A DNA stretch of 45,781 nucleotides from a virus (taxonomy: Duplodnaviria; Caudoviricetes): the IMG/VR virus record IMGVR_UViG_3300048848_000278, positions 1-45,781 of that record; one strand, written 5' to 3'. The notes beneath the pieces are model-generated. The model saw only the letters and a program-made list of their open reading frames with translations. It did not search any database and was not told the origin of the DNA. Each line of letters starts with the position of its first letter. Position 1 is the stretch's first letter. Below, piece after piece: positions 26,339-35,400 of the stretch. Made by a program: the position numbers and the translations under genes.

Positions 26339-26587
26339 ATGAAGCACGGTTCCTATTACACGCGGGCGTTGCAGGCGAACGATCCCCGGTACGCGCGCGT
26401 GTTCGAGAAGCTCGGCTATGGCCGCGCCGACCTCGCCGCGACCGAGGCAGCGCCACCGTCCGACCCCGAGGCGGAACTCGGCCGGCTGCGGGACGAGTAT
26501 CAGGCGCTGGTGGGCAAGAAGCCATACCACGGCTGGGATGCCGCGACCCTCGCCGAGAAGATCGCAGCGGCCAAGCAGGCCGACTGA
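26339..26587 (+). CDS. Small head-module protein
   Basis: SD GAGGAGG; LRDEY..LVGKKPYHGW...TL.EKI motif; TGATG coupling to portal. Confidence 0.7.
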   Translation: MKHGSYYTRALQANDPRYARVFEKLGYGRADLAATEAAPPSDPEAELGRLRDEYQALVGKKPYHGWDAATLAEKIAAAKQAD

Positions 26588-27942
26588 TGCGCTTCCTCGG
26601 CTTTGACTTCGGACGAGCGAAAGCCGTCAGCCCCGTCGACGATCGGCGGGGCTGGTACGGTGTCGTGCGCGAGGCGTTCGCCGGCGCCTGGCAGAAGAAC
26701 GTCGAGGTCAAGGTCGAGAGCGTGCTGGCGTTTCATGCCGTCTTCTCGTGCATGACGCTGATCGCCTCCGATATCGCCAAGCTCCGCGTGAAGCTGGTCG
26801 AATTGAAGGATGGCATCTGGGTCGAGACGACCCGCCCCGCCTATTCGCCAGTGCTGCGCAAGCCGAACGCCTACCAGACGCGCCTGCAGTTCTGGGAATC
26901 GTGGATGCTGTCGAAGCTCAGCCGCGGCAACACCTATGTTCTGAAGCAGCGCGACGCTCGAAACGTGGTCGTCGGCCTCCACGTCCTCGACCCCAATCGG
27001 GTGAAGGCGCTGGTCAGCGAGAGCGGCGAAGTCTTTTACGAGATGCAGGCCGACAACCTCGCCGGCGTCACGGGATCGCTCGTCGTGCCCGCGCGCGAGA
27101 TGATCCACGACCGGTTCAACTGCCTGTTTCACCCGCTCGTCGGCCTGTCGCCGATCTTCGCCAACGGCCTTGCATCGACGCAGGGCCTCAGCATCCAGAG
27201 CAACTCCGCGGTGTTCTTCGCCAACCAGTCGCGCCCCGGCGGCATGCTGGTGGCGCCAGGCAAGATCAGCAAGGAATCGGCTGAGGAGCTGAAGGCGAAC
27301 TGGTATCAATATTACGGCGGCAAGAACTCCGGAAAAGTGGCGGTTCTTGGCGACGGCATGAAGTACGAGACCCTCGGCACCACCCCGAGCGATGCGCAGA
27401 TGATCGAGCAGCTGAAGTGGACCGCGGAGGTCGTCTGCTCCACCTTCCACGTACCGCCGTACAAGCTGGGCATCGGCAATATGCCGACGAGCAGCAACGT
27501 GCAGGGCCTCAACCTCGAATATTACACGCAGGCGCTGCAATCGCTGATCGAGGCGGCCGAGCTTTGCCTCGACGAGGGCCTCGGCATTGGCGAGAGCGTC
27601 AACATCGGCACCGAGTTCGACACCGATAACCTGCTGCGCATGGACACCGCCACGCTGATGCAGGTGATCGAGAACGCCAAGAACGTCCTGACCCTCGACG
27701 AGCGCCGGCTGCGGTTGAACGCGCCCAAGATCAAGGGCGGATCGACCGTCTACCTGCAGCAGCAGGATCATTCGATCGAGGCGATCGCTGCGCGCGATGC
27801 CCAGCTGATCGCAGAGGCGAACGCGCCGCCCGAACCGCCGCAGGAGCCGGCCAACGACAATCCCGCGGCATCCGTGGCCGCGTCGTTCGCACTGGCCGCC
27901 ATGGTTCGGCACCATATCCGCCAGGAGGCCGGCAATGCTTGA
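26587..27942 (+). CDS. HK97-family portal protein
   Basis: VFSC..LIASDIAKL, PN.YQT...FW, GN.Y, GLSP, FF.N..RPGG.L, F.VPP. Confidence 0.93.
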   Translation: MRFLGFDFGRAKAVSPVDDRRGWYGVVREAFAGAWQKNVEVKVESVLAFHAVFSCMTLIASDIAKLRVKLVELKDGIWVETTRPAYSPVLRKPNAYQTRLQFWESWMLSKLSRGNTYVLKQRDARNVVVGLHVLDPNRVKALVSESGEVFYEMQADNLAGVTGSLVVPAREMIHDRFNCLFHPLVGLSPIFANGLASTQGLSIQSNSAVFFANQSRPGGMLVAPGKISKESAEELKANWYQYYGGKNSGKVAVLGDGMKYETLGTTPSDAQMIEQLKWTAEVVCSTFHVPPYKLGIGNMPTSSNVQGLNLEYYTQALQSLIEAAELCLDEGLGIGESVNIGTEFDTDNLLRMDTATLMQVIENAKNVLTLDERRLRLNAPKIKGGSTVYLQQQDHSIEAIAARDAQLIAEANAPPEPPQEPANDNPAASVAASFALAAMVRHHIRQEAGNA

Positions 27943-29068
27943 TCTGAAGGTGCTGGCCGCAGAGATCGCCGCGATCGTCAAGGAGCAGGTCGCTGTCGCG
28001 ATCGCGCCCCTTGCGGCCGAGAACGTCCAACTCGCCTCGCGCATCGCCGGCTTCGAGGCGCGCTCCGCCGGGCTGGATGCGGCAGCGGTACAGGCCATCG
28101 TCGATGCGCGTGTCGAGGCGCTGCCGATCCCGAAGGATGGCACGAGCGTCACGACGGCGGACGTCGAGCCGATCATCCGCGCTGCGGTGGACGCCGCGGT
28201 TGCGGCGCTGCCGATGCCGAAGGATGGCGCCAGCGTGACGATCGCCGATGTCGAGCCGCTCGTGACCGCTGCGGTCGACAAGGCGGTCGCGGCGCTGCCG
28301 CCCGCCCGCGACGGCGCGAGCGTCACTCTCGACGATGTGCAGCCGATCATCGCGGAGGCCGTCGGCAAGGCGGTTTCCGAGCTGCCGCCGGCGCGGCACG
28401 GCACCAGCGTCACGGTCGCCGATGTCGAGCCGATGGTCAGCGATGCGGTGGAAAAGGCGGTCGCCGGGTTGCCTCCCGCCCGCAACGGCACGAGCGTCAC
28501 GGTCGCCGACGTCGAACCGATCATCCTCGCCGCGGTCGCTAAGGCGATATCGGCGCTGCCCGCGCCCAAGGACGGCACCAGCGTGACGGTCGCCGACGTC
28601 GAGCCGATCATCGCAGCAGCGGTGAAGCGCGCGGCGGAAGCGATTCCTGCCCCCAAGGACGGCGTCGGCCTCGCCGGTGCGCTGATCGACCGCGCGGGCA
28701 CGTTGGTGATCACGCTCAGCGATGGCCGGCTCTGCGAGCTCGGCCGCGTAGAGGGCAAGGATGGCGATCCGGGACTGAACGGTCTCGGCTTCGACGATAT
28801 GACCATCGAGCAGACAAGCGAGCGCGGCGTGACGCTGAAGTTCGTCCGCGGCGATCAGGTAAAGACCTTCGACCTCATCATGCCCGTCGTCATCGACCGC
28901 GGCGTGTTCAAGGAGGGGCAAGCCTACGAAGCCGGCGATGCCGTCACCTTTGGCGGCTCGCTCTGGATCGCGCAGAAGGCCACCGCGGCAAAGCCGGAAG
29001 GCCCGGACACCGGGTGGCGGCTCGCTGTGAAGAAGGGTCGCGACGGCCGCGACCTGACGCGCGACTGA
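27935..29068 (+). CDS. Repeat-containing head-associated protein
   Basis: Six 29-aa repeats, then GKDGDPG..GLGFDD and RGVF.EG..Y..GD.VT.GGSLW...WRLAVK.GRDG. Confidence 0.8.
   Translation: MLDLKVLAAEIAAIVKEQVAVAIAPLAAENVQLASRIAGFEARSAGLDAAAVQAIVDARVEALPIPKDGTSVTTADVEPIIRAAVDAAVAALPMPKDGASVTIADVEPLVTAAVDKAVAALPPARDGASVTLDDVQPIIAEAVGKAVSELPPARHGTSVTVADVEPMVSDAVEKAVAGLPPARNGTSVTVADVEPIILAAVAKAISALPAPKDGTSVTVADVEPIIAAAVKRAAEAIPAPKDGVGLAGALIDRAGTLVITLSDGRLCELGRVEGKDGDPGLNGLGFDDMTIEQTSERGVTLKFVRGDQVKTFDLIMPVVIDRGVFKEGQAYEAGDAVTFGGSLWIAQKATAAKPEGPDTGWRLAVKKGRDGRDLTRD
28121..28663 (+). repeat. Six-plus tandem 87-bp coding repeats (LP.P[KR]DG.SVT.ADVEP....AV..AV..)
   Basis: Directly visible in translation; units start at 28121 with 87-bp period. 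Confidence 0.9.
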
Positions 29069-29141
29069 CAAGTTTCCGAGTTCGGGGCCGGTCTTTCCCC
29101 CTTTCGCCGGTCCCGAAACCTGCCGCCGACGAGGTGCACCT

Positions 29142-29462
29142 ATGGTCGAAGAACCCGTCACGCTTGAGCAGGTGAAAACGCACCTCCGCCTCGAGCTTGC
29201 CGATACCGGCGAGGACGATTACCTCCAGCTGCTCACCACGGCAGCGCGCCGGTCGATCGAGAACCGGACCGGTCGGACCGTCGCGGCGACCTGGCCCGAT
29301 GTCGAGGGATCGGACGCCAGGGTGATGGGCATGGCCGTGCTGCTGCTGGTCGGTTCATGGTACACCAACCGGGAGGCGGTCGTTACCAGCGGTGCGACGC
29401 CGTCCGAGCTTCCGCTCGCCGTCGAATACCTGCTCGCGCCGCTGCGCCGGTTCGTCTGCTGA
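29142..29462 (+). CDS. Head-tail connector (HK97 gp6-like)
   Basis: VTLEQVK.HLR, ED.YL..L..AA...IE..TGR, AVLLLVG.WY.NRE. Confidence 0.9.
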   Translation: MVEEPVTLEQVKTHLRLELADTGEDDYLQLLTTAARRSIENRTGRTVAATWPDVEGSDARVMGMAVLLLVGSWYTNREAVVTSGATPSELPLAVEYLLAPLRRFVC

Positions 29463-29809
29463 TGATCATCGCGGCAGGATCACTGAACAAGCGGGTGCGG
29501 ATTGAGCGACCGGTGCCCGACACCTCCATCGATGGCGCGGGCTCGGGAAGCTGGGCACCCGTCGCCACCCTATGGGCGGCCGTGCAGGACGCGCTACCCA
29601 GCCGCGCCGAGCGCCTCGCAGACGGCATCAACCTCGCCGCTCGCCCGGCGCGCGTCCGGATGCGGTACCGCACCGACATCGACAGCAGCATGCGGTTCAT
29701 CATCGATGGCCGCACGATGCAGGTCATCGCTGGCCCGGCCGAACTTGGACGCCGTGAGGGCCTGGAATTCATGGTCGAGGAATATAGCTCGCCGGGCAAC
29801 GCCGCCTGA
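29462..29809 (+). CDS. Head closure / head-tail adaptor protein
   Basis: AGSLNKRV.I.RP, W..VATLWA.V, RMRYR.DI...MR. Confidence 0.85.
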   Translation: MIIAAGSLNKRVRIERPVPDTSIDGAGSGSWAPVATLWAAVQDALPSRAERLADGINLAARPARVRMRYRTDIDSSMRFIIDGRTMQVIAGPAELGRREGLEFMVEEYSSPGNAA

Positions 29810-30381
29810 TGGCCAAGCGCCGCGGTGGCGAAGCCACCAAGCGATACATCGAGCAGCTCCCGAAGCTGCTGGTCGAGCGGGTGCTCCCGGGCGCCGCGCG
29901 CGCGGGCGCCAAGGTCATCGCCGCGGAAGCCAAATCCACGCTCGGTGGTCGGCAGGCCGATGCGGGTAGTGGCGGCAAGGTGCTGATCGCGGACTCGGTG
30001 AAAGTTCGATCGCGAAAGCGTGAGGGGCTGATCGTCGCCCGTGTCCTGCTGTCCGGTCCCGGTGCCTATGTCGGTCGCTGGCTCGAATACGGCACGAAGG
30101 GCCACTTCATCACGCTCGACGCCAAAGCGCGGCAGGGCATGACAGCGCGGCGGGCAAATACGCGCATCCGGGACGGAGACACGGCGCTCAGGGGCACCTT
30201 GATGATCAACGGCAAGCCAGTCGGCACCACGGTCTATCACCCCGGCGCATCCGAACGCCCGTTCCTACGCCCCGCTCTCGACACCAAGCAAACCGAGGCC
30301 GTCGCCGCAGCGCAGGCCTACATCACCCGCCGCGTCAGGCGCAGCGGCATCATCGGCGACGACGAAGGGGATGAGGCATGA
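29809..30381 (+). CDS. HK97 gp10-family tail completion protein
   Basis: RWLEYGT...HPG...RPFLRPALD. Confidence 0.85.
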   Translation: MAKRRGGEATKRYIEQLPKLLVERVLPGAARAGAKVIAAEAKSTLGGRQADAGSGGKVLIADSVKVRSRKREGLIVARVLLSGPGAYVGRWLEYGTKGHFITLDAKARQGMTARRANTRIRDGDTALRGTLMINGKPVGTTVYHPGASERPFLRPALDTKQTEAVAAAQAYITRRVRRSGIIGDDEGDEA

Positions 30382-30779
30382 GCGGTACCGCCATCATCTC
30401 CGAACTGCTGGTCACCGACGAGTGGCTGGCCGAGCTGGCGGGCAAGGGACAGATCAAGGAAGACCGCCTGCCGGACGGCGTCGCGCTGACAGCGATCCTG
30501 CTGCGCACGGTCAGCGGCGTCGATCGCCAGACGCTGAAGCGCGGCACGTTCGTCCGCACCGTCGAGCGCATCGCCGTCACCGTGCGCGCCGCCAGCGTTC
30601 GCGACCGCAAGGCATCCATCGACCGGATCCGCGCCGCTTGCGCCGGCAAGATCGGCGACTTCGCCGGCTGCTTTCGCGTGTCGGTCCTCACGGCGGGGCT
30701 CAGCCCCACGATGATCGGGCCCGGCGACAGCTTCGAGCAGACCCAGGACTTCCGCGTCAGCTTCGACGCGGCAGCGTAA
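30378..30779 (+). CDS. Tail terminator-like protein
   Basis: Position and size before the tail tube gene; ATGA coupling. Confidence 0.65.
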   Translation: MSGTAIISELLVTDEWLAELAGKGQIKEDRLPDGVALTAILLRTVSGVDRQTLKRGTFVRTVERIAVTVRAASVRDRKASIDRIRAACAGKIGDFAGCFRVSVLTAGLSPTMIGPGDSFEQTQDFRVSFDAAA

Positions 30780-30793
30780 CCAGGAGACCCCGC

Positions 30794-30991
30794 ATGTCCG
30801 AGACCAAGACAAAGAAGGCCACCGCGCTTCGCGATTTCAGCGACGCCGGCACCGAGCAACTGTTCACCAAGGACCAGGAGCTCACTCTCGATGAGGGCAC
30901 CTTCGCCAATTACGAGGCCGCCGGCCTGATCCGCGCCGGAGGACCGGACGCCAAGCCGGCCGACGCCGGCAAGAGCAAGCCCGCCGCGTAA
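30794..30991 (+). CDS. Small virion-module protein
   Basis: SD AGGAG; ALRDF.DAGT...F..........NY.AAGLI. Confidence 0.65.
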   Translation: MSETKTKKATALRDFSDAGTEQLFTKDQELTLDEGTFANYEAAGLIRAGGPDAKPADAGKSKPAA

Positions 30992-31057
30992 CCCTTTCGC
31001 CCGGGCAACCGGGCGGATCCCGCCGGCGTCGCCGGCTCGCCACACAGGAGTAATCCC

Positions 31058-31504
31058 ATGACTATCACTGCGGCGGGCTCGACGCTCGCCATCGCGGCCA
31101 CCCTGCCAGCTACGCAGGACGCTGCCGGCTATGCGGCGCTGACCTTCACCGAGGTCGGCAATGTCGAGAAGATCGGCGGCCTCGGCGCGACCTTCGCCAA
31201 GGTCGAATTCCAGCCGCTGAAGGGCCCCAAGCAGAAGCTGAAGGGCTCGGTCGACTACGGCTCGCTGCAGCCGACCGTGGGCATCGACGGCGCCGACGCC
31301 GGCCAGAACCTGCTGCGCACCGCCTCCGACGATGAGACCAACAAGCTCTATGCGATGCTGGTCACCTATCAGGACGGCGCCAAGCGCTACTTCCAGGGCC
31401 GCGTGTTCGGTTACCCCGAGACGGTCGATGGCGCCGACAGCGTCGTCACCGCCACCCCGACGATCGAGATCTGCACCAAGATCGTGAAGGTCCCGGCCGC
31501 CTGA
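31058..31504 (+). CDS. Major tail (tube) protein
   Basis: SD AGGAG; K.KGS.DYGSL, D.GQ..LR, DG.K.YF.G.V; position before chaperone and TMP. Confidence 0.85.
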   Translation: MTITAAGSTLAIAATLPATQDAAGYAALTFTEVGNVEKIGGLGATFAKVEFQPLKGPKQKLKGSVDYGSLQPTVGIDGADAGQNLLRTASDDETNKLYAMLVTYQDGAKRYFQGRVFGYPETVDGADSVVTATPTIEICTKIVKVPAA

Positions 31505-31513
31505 CCTACCCCT

Positions 31514-31596
31514 TCCGGCAGCCCAGCCGGATCACAGGCATCGTCCGCCCCGCTTCTTCGCGGGTGTCGGGGCGGGCGGTGCACCACACCCGCGAA
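31514..31596 (+). other. Structured intergenic RNA (hairpin, then 15-bp stem whose loop pairs 11 nt downstream)
   Basis: 31538-31552 pairs 31568-31582; loop 31557-31567 is the exact reverse complement of 31586-31596. Confidence 0.6.
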
Positions 31597-31605
31597 AGGT
31601 ATCCC

Positions 31606-32028
31606 ATGAAAATCGCAATTCTCGCCGTCGCCGCTACCGCTTTCCTCCACCTCAAGGGCCCCGACGGCCAGCTGCTGTACGACAATGGCCAGAAGGTCGG
31701 CATCGACCTGTTCGGCCCCGGCTCCGATGAATATTCCCGCATCGAGGAGCGCCAGTCGAACCGTGCGATCAAGCGCATGCAGGACAACGACAACAAGGTC
31801 AGCCTGCCGGCCGCCGACGTGCGCCGCACCGAGGCCGCCGAGGACCTGACCGCGCTGACCGCGGCGTTCCACCACATCGAGCATGAGGACGCAAACGGCC
31901 AGCCGCTCGCCGGCGCCGCGCTCTACACCGCGGTCTATTCCGACCCGTCGCTGGGATGGATCAAGGAGCAGGCGACGAAGTTCGTCGGTGATTGGGGAAA
32001 GTTCACGCCCGGCTCGGCCGGGATCTGA
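31606..32028 (+). CDS. Tail assembly chaperone (lambda G-like)
   Basis: Between tube and TMP; slippery GGGAAAG near the 3' end. Confidence 0.8.
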   Translation: MKIAILAVAATAFLHLKGPDGQLLYDNGQKVGIDLFGPGSDEYSRIEERQSNRAIKRMQDNDNKVSLPAADVRRTEAAEDLTALTAAFHHIEHEDANGQPLAGAALYTAVYSDPSLGWIKEQATKFVGDWGKFTPGSAGI

Positions 32029-32471
32029 CCCTCTACGTTCGGCACATGGCGTGGCTGCATGCCACGCCGAAGCCTGACCCTCGCACCAAGCGCGGCAAGC
32101 GCGCCGAGGCTGAGACGGAAGCCGAGCCGCGGATCAGCCGCATCGAGCAGCTGAAGCGCGACAGGATCACGCCGCAGATGCCGCCGAACCCGGCACCGCA
32201 CATTGTCGAGTGGCTGGTCGAGATCGGCCTCACCGACAACAGCGGGATGTCTGCAACGCCGCTGACCTGGTGCGAGATCGATGCGTGGTGCGCCCGCACC
32301 CGCGTCAGCCCAGCGCCATGGGAAGCGCGGCTGATCCGCCGCCTGTCGTCCGACTACATCGCCGAAAGCCGCAAGGCCGAGAGCGAAACCTGCCCGCCAC
32401 CGTGGCGCGCGGAAGTCACCCAGCGCGAGCTGGACATCGAAGAAGCCCGGCTGCGCAACGTGCTCGGCTAG
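31995..32471 (+). CDS. -1 frameshift extension of the chaperone (lambda GT-like)
   Basis: G GGA AAG heptamer at 31995-32001; -1 frame open to 32471 with PLTW.EIDAW and WEA.LIRRLS..Y motifs. Confidence 0.8.
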   Translation, partial: GKVHARLGRDLTLYVRHMAWLHATPKPDPRTKRGKRAEAETEAEPRISRIEQLKRDRITPQMPPNPAPHIVEWLVEIGLTDNSGMSATPLTWCEIDAWCARTRVSPAPWEARLIRRLSSDYIAESRKAESETCPPPWRAEVTQRELDIEEARLRNVLG

Positions 32472-32487
32472 AACCAGGAGGGTTGCC

Positions 32488-35400
32488 ATGCTCGACGACG
32501 ACTCTCCTGGTCTCGGCGTAGATTTCACGATCAACCCCGCGGACTCGTTCAACCAGATCAACCAGCTGATGGCGGTCATGAACTCGGCCGAGGGCAAGAT
32601 CCTCGCCAGTGCCAACCAAATCGAGAACAGCACGGCCGACATGGTCAAGCTGACCGGCGCGACCGCCGGCGTCACCGCCTTTGCAGCTACGGCGAAGCGG
32701 GAGATGTCGGCTGCGGCGGCAGCGGTGGAGACTGCCGGCCTTTCGGTCGAAAGCCTCGGCCGCACCATCGGCAAGTCGGCGGGCATGTCGATTATCGGCC
32801 CAGCAGCCACCAGTGAGGCCGCAGCTGCAACCCGCGAGATCAACCGGACCGAAAAGGAGATCGACAAGCTGGTCTTCGCGCTCGACCGGGAAGCTGCATC
32901 GGTCGGGAAGACGCGGGAAGAGCTACGCGCGATGAAGATCGAGTCCCTCGCGCTCACGGCTGCCCAGCAAGGAAACACCGAGGCGGCCGATCGCCTGTTT
33001 GCCAGCTCACGCGCACTTTCGGCAGCGCAACAGGCTCTGGCGGAGGATAGGGCCTCGGCAGGGCGGAAAGCGGAAGCCGCTGCTGAAGCCGAAGCTACGG
33101 CCCTCAGGGAGGCCGGCTTCGCCTACCAGCAATTCGAGGCACGCGTGCGCCAGGGTATGATCGCGCTGCGCGAGCGGGAAGCGGCCGCCGAACGCGACGC
33201 GGCCGCCATGGCCCGCCTGCGCGAGATGCTCGACCCCGCAGCTGCGGCGCAGGATCGGCTGAACCGGGAGCTGGTCGATGCGCGCCGGGTCATGCTGGCG
33301 GCGGGCGCCAGCGCGGAAGAGGTCGCGCGCGCCGAGCAGCTGCTGACCGCGCGTACGATGGAGACGGCACGCTCGTCCGGCGCTGCGAAGGCGTCGATGC
33401 AGAACCTCGGCTTCCAGCTGCAGGACTTCTCGGTGCAGGTCGTCGGGGGCACATCGGTGCTGCGTGCGTTCGCGATGCAGTTCCCGCAGGCGGCTGGGGC
33501 GCTGACAGGGTTCGAGGGCAAGCTCGGCAAGGTCGGTGGCTTCCTCGCTGGCCCGTGGGGCATTGCGCTGACGCTGGGTATCACCCTGCTGGCCGGGTTC
33601 GCGGACAAGCTGTTCGAATCTGGCAACGCTGCCGAGAAGGCGGCGGAGGGGCTGAAGAAGTTCCAGGACCGGCAGAGCGACATCGCGAACTTCATCGATG
33701 CGACCACTGGAAAGCTGACGGAGCAGAACCGCACACTGGTGCTGAACGCCGTGCTCACGCGACAGGCGCAGATGGCAGACAATGCCAAGGCGATCTCGGA
33801 GCAGCGCAACACCGCATTCCGCACCGCCGGTAATCAACAGACGCGCGCACCGTCGTACACCGGCTCCTCGGTTGGTGCACCGATCGCGATGCGGCAGACC
33901 GACCCGGACGTGCAGCGAGCAATCCAGGCGGCGGCCGGCAACGTCGATAAGCTCGCGACCAGCATCGCCCGGCTGGCCGCGACGTCGCGCCCCGATCTGA
34001 AGCCACTCGCTCTGGACCTGTCGACGACCGCCGGTGCAGCGATCCTCGCCACACGTGAGAACGAGAAGCTGGGCAAGGAGCTGCGTGCGCTGAAGGGCGA
34101 CACGGCCGCACTGGGCTCTACGACGACCAGCGCCATAGCCAAGCAGGTGGCACTTGCCACCGCGACCACGCCCTTGGCGCGCGCGCGTGCGCAGCTGGCG
34201 CTCGTCGAGCAGGGAGCGGCTGCTGCCGACAAGGCGGGCGGCGTGGCGCTGGTCAAGTACCGCACCGATCTGACCGCCGCCACCAAGGCGGTCAACGCCG
34301 CGGAGGCCGCGCAGAAATCCGAAACGGCAGCCCGGCGGGATGCGACCAGGCAAGCGAGCATGGCGGCACGCCTCGGGCGGGACGCGGACGCCGTCGAGGC
34401 GCAGGTGCGAAACCTCAATGACCTGACAAAGGCCTATGACACCTCGGGCGCCGCGGCGCTCATCGCGGAAGCCAGACTGAAGTCGGAGAGCCAGGCGATC
34501 CGCCAGCAGGCTGATGTCACGGCTGCGGTTGCGCGTCAGGTGAACCTCCTCGTCGCGCAGCGGGTCAACGATGCTGCCAAGGGCACTGCCGCGATGCGCG
34601 ATCAGGCTCGGGTTCAGACTGAGGTGAATGCGGAGATCGCTGCCGGTAACGTGCCGGCGGAACGTGCAGCCGATCTGCTGCGTGATCGTATCGCGGACCT
34701 CCCGCTGCTCGCCGCAATCGAAGCCGCTCAGCAAACGAAGAATCGCGAGGGCGCCGACGCGGCGATCAAGGCGCTCGACGAGCAGCGCGCCGCCCGCATC
34801 CGTCTCACGGAATCGGAAAATGCCGGCCGACTGGCTGGCGCGATGGCCGCGGGCAAGAACCGGATCGCCGAGCTCGGCGAGGAGATGCGGCTGATCGGCG
34901 CGACTGACGCGGTGCGGGTCCGCGCCCTCGCGACCCTGCGCGCGACGCAGGAGGCAGAGGCTGCCAACTGGACGGGCAAGGATGGCGCCGACTATGTCGC
35001 GCAGCAGGTCTTGATCGCCGAAAAGCAGCAGGCGCTGGCCGAGATGCAGGAGCGCTACAACGATGCGCTCAGCTTCACCGCCGACAAATGGGACCTGATC
35101 GCCCGCAACGTTCAGAACGCCGCATCGGGTATGGCTGACGCCTTTGGCGATGTCGGCCGCGCGATCGGTGACATGGCCTCGATCTATGCCGACTATCAGG
35201 CTGATCGCGCCCGCCTGGATGTGCGCCACATGGCTGATCTGAAGAAAGCGGGCACGGATCAGGCGGCCATCGATCGGGCGAACACCCGTTTCGCGCTCGC
35301 CTCATCGACCGCGCAGGTCGGCGCTTTCGGCGATATGGCCTCGGCCGCCAAGGGGTTCTTCAACGAGAAGAGCAAGGGCTATGCCGCCATGGCCGCGGCG

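Noticed and set aside
28121-28663. 87-bp repeats as a CRISPR array
   Set aside because: Degenerate in-frame coding repeats with no spacers and no cas genes
29081-29117. Hairpin after the repeat protein as an intrinsic terminator
   Set aside because: Stem is present but has a large loop and no downstream U-tract; function unsupported
24593-29161. Long antisense ORFs (527, 768 and 476 aa), some with apparent repeats
   Set aside because: Opposite capsid, portal and the repeat gene; their repeats just mirror the 87-bp coding repeats
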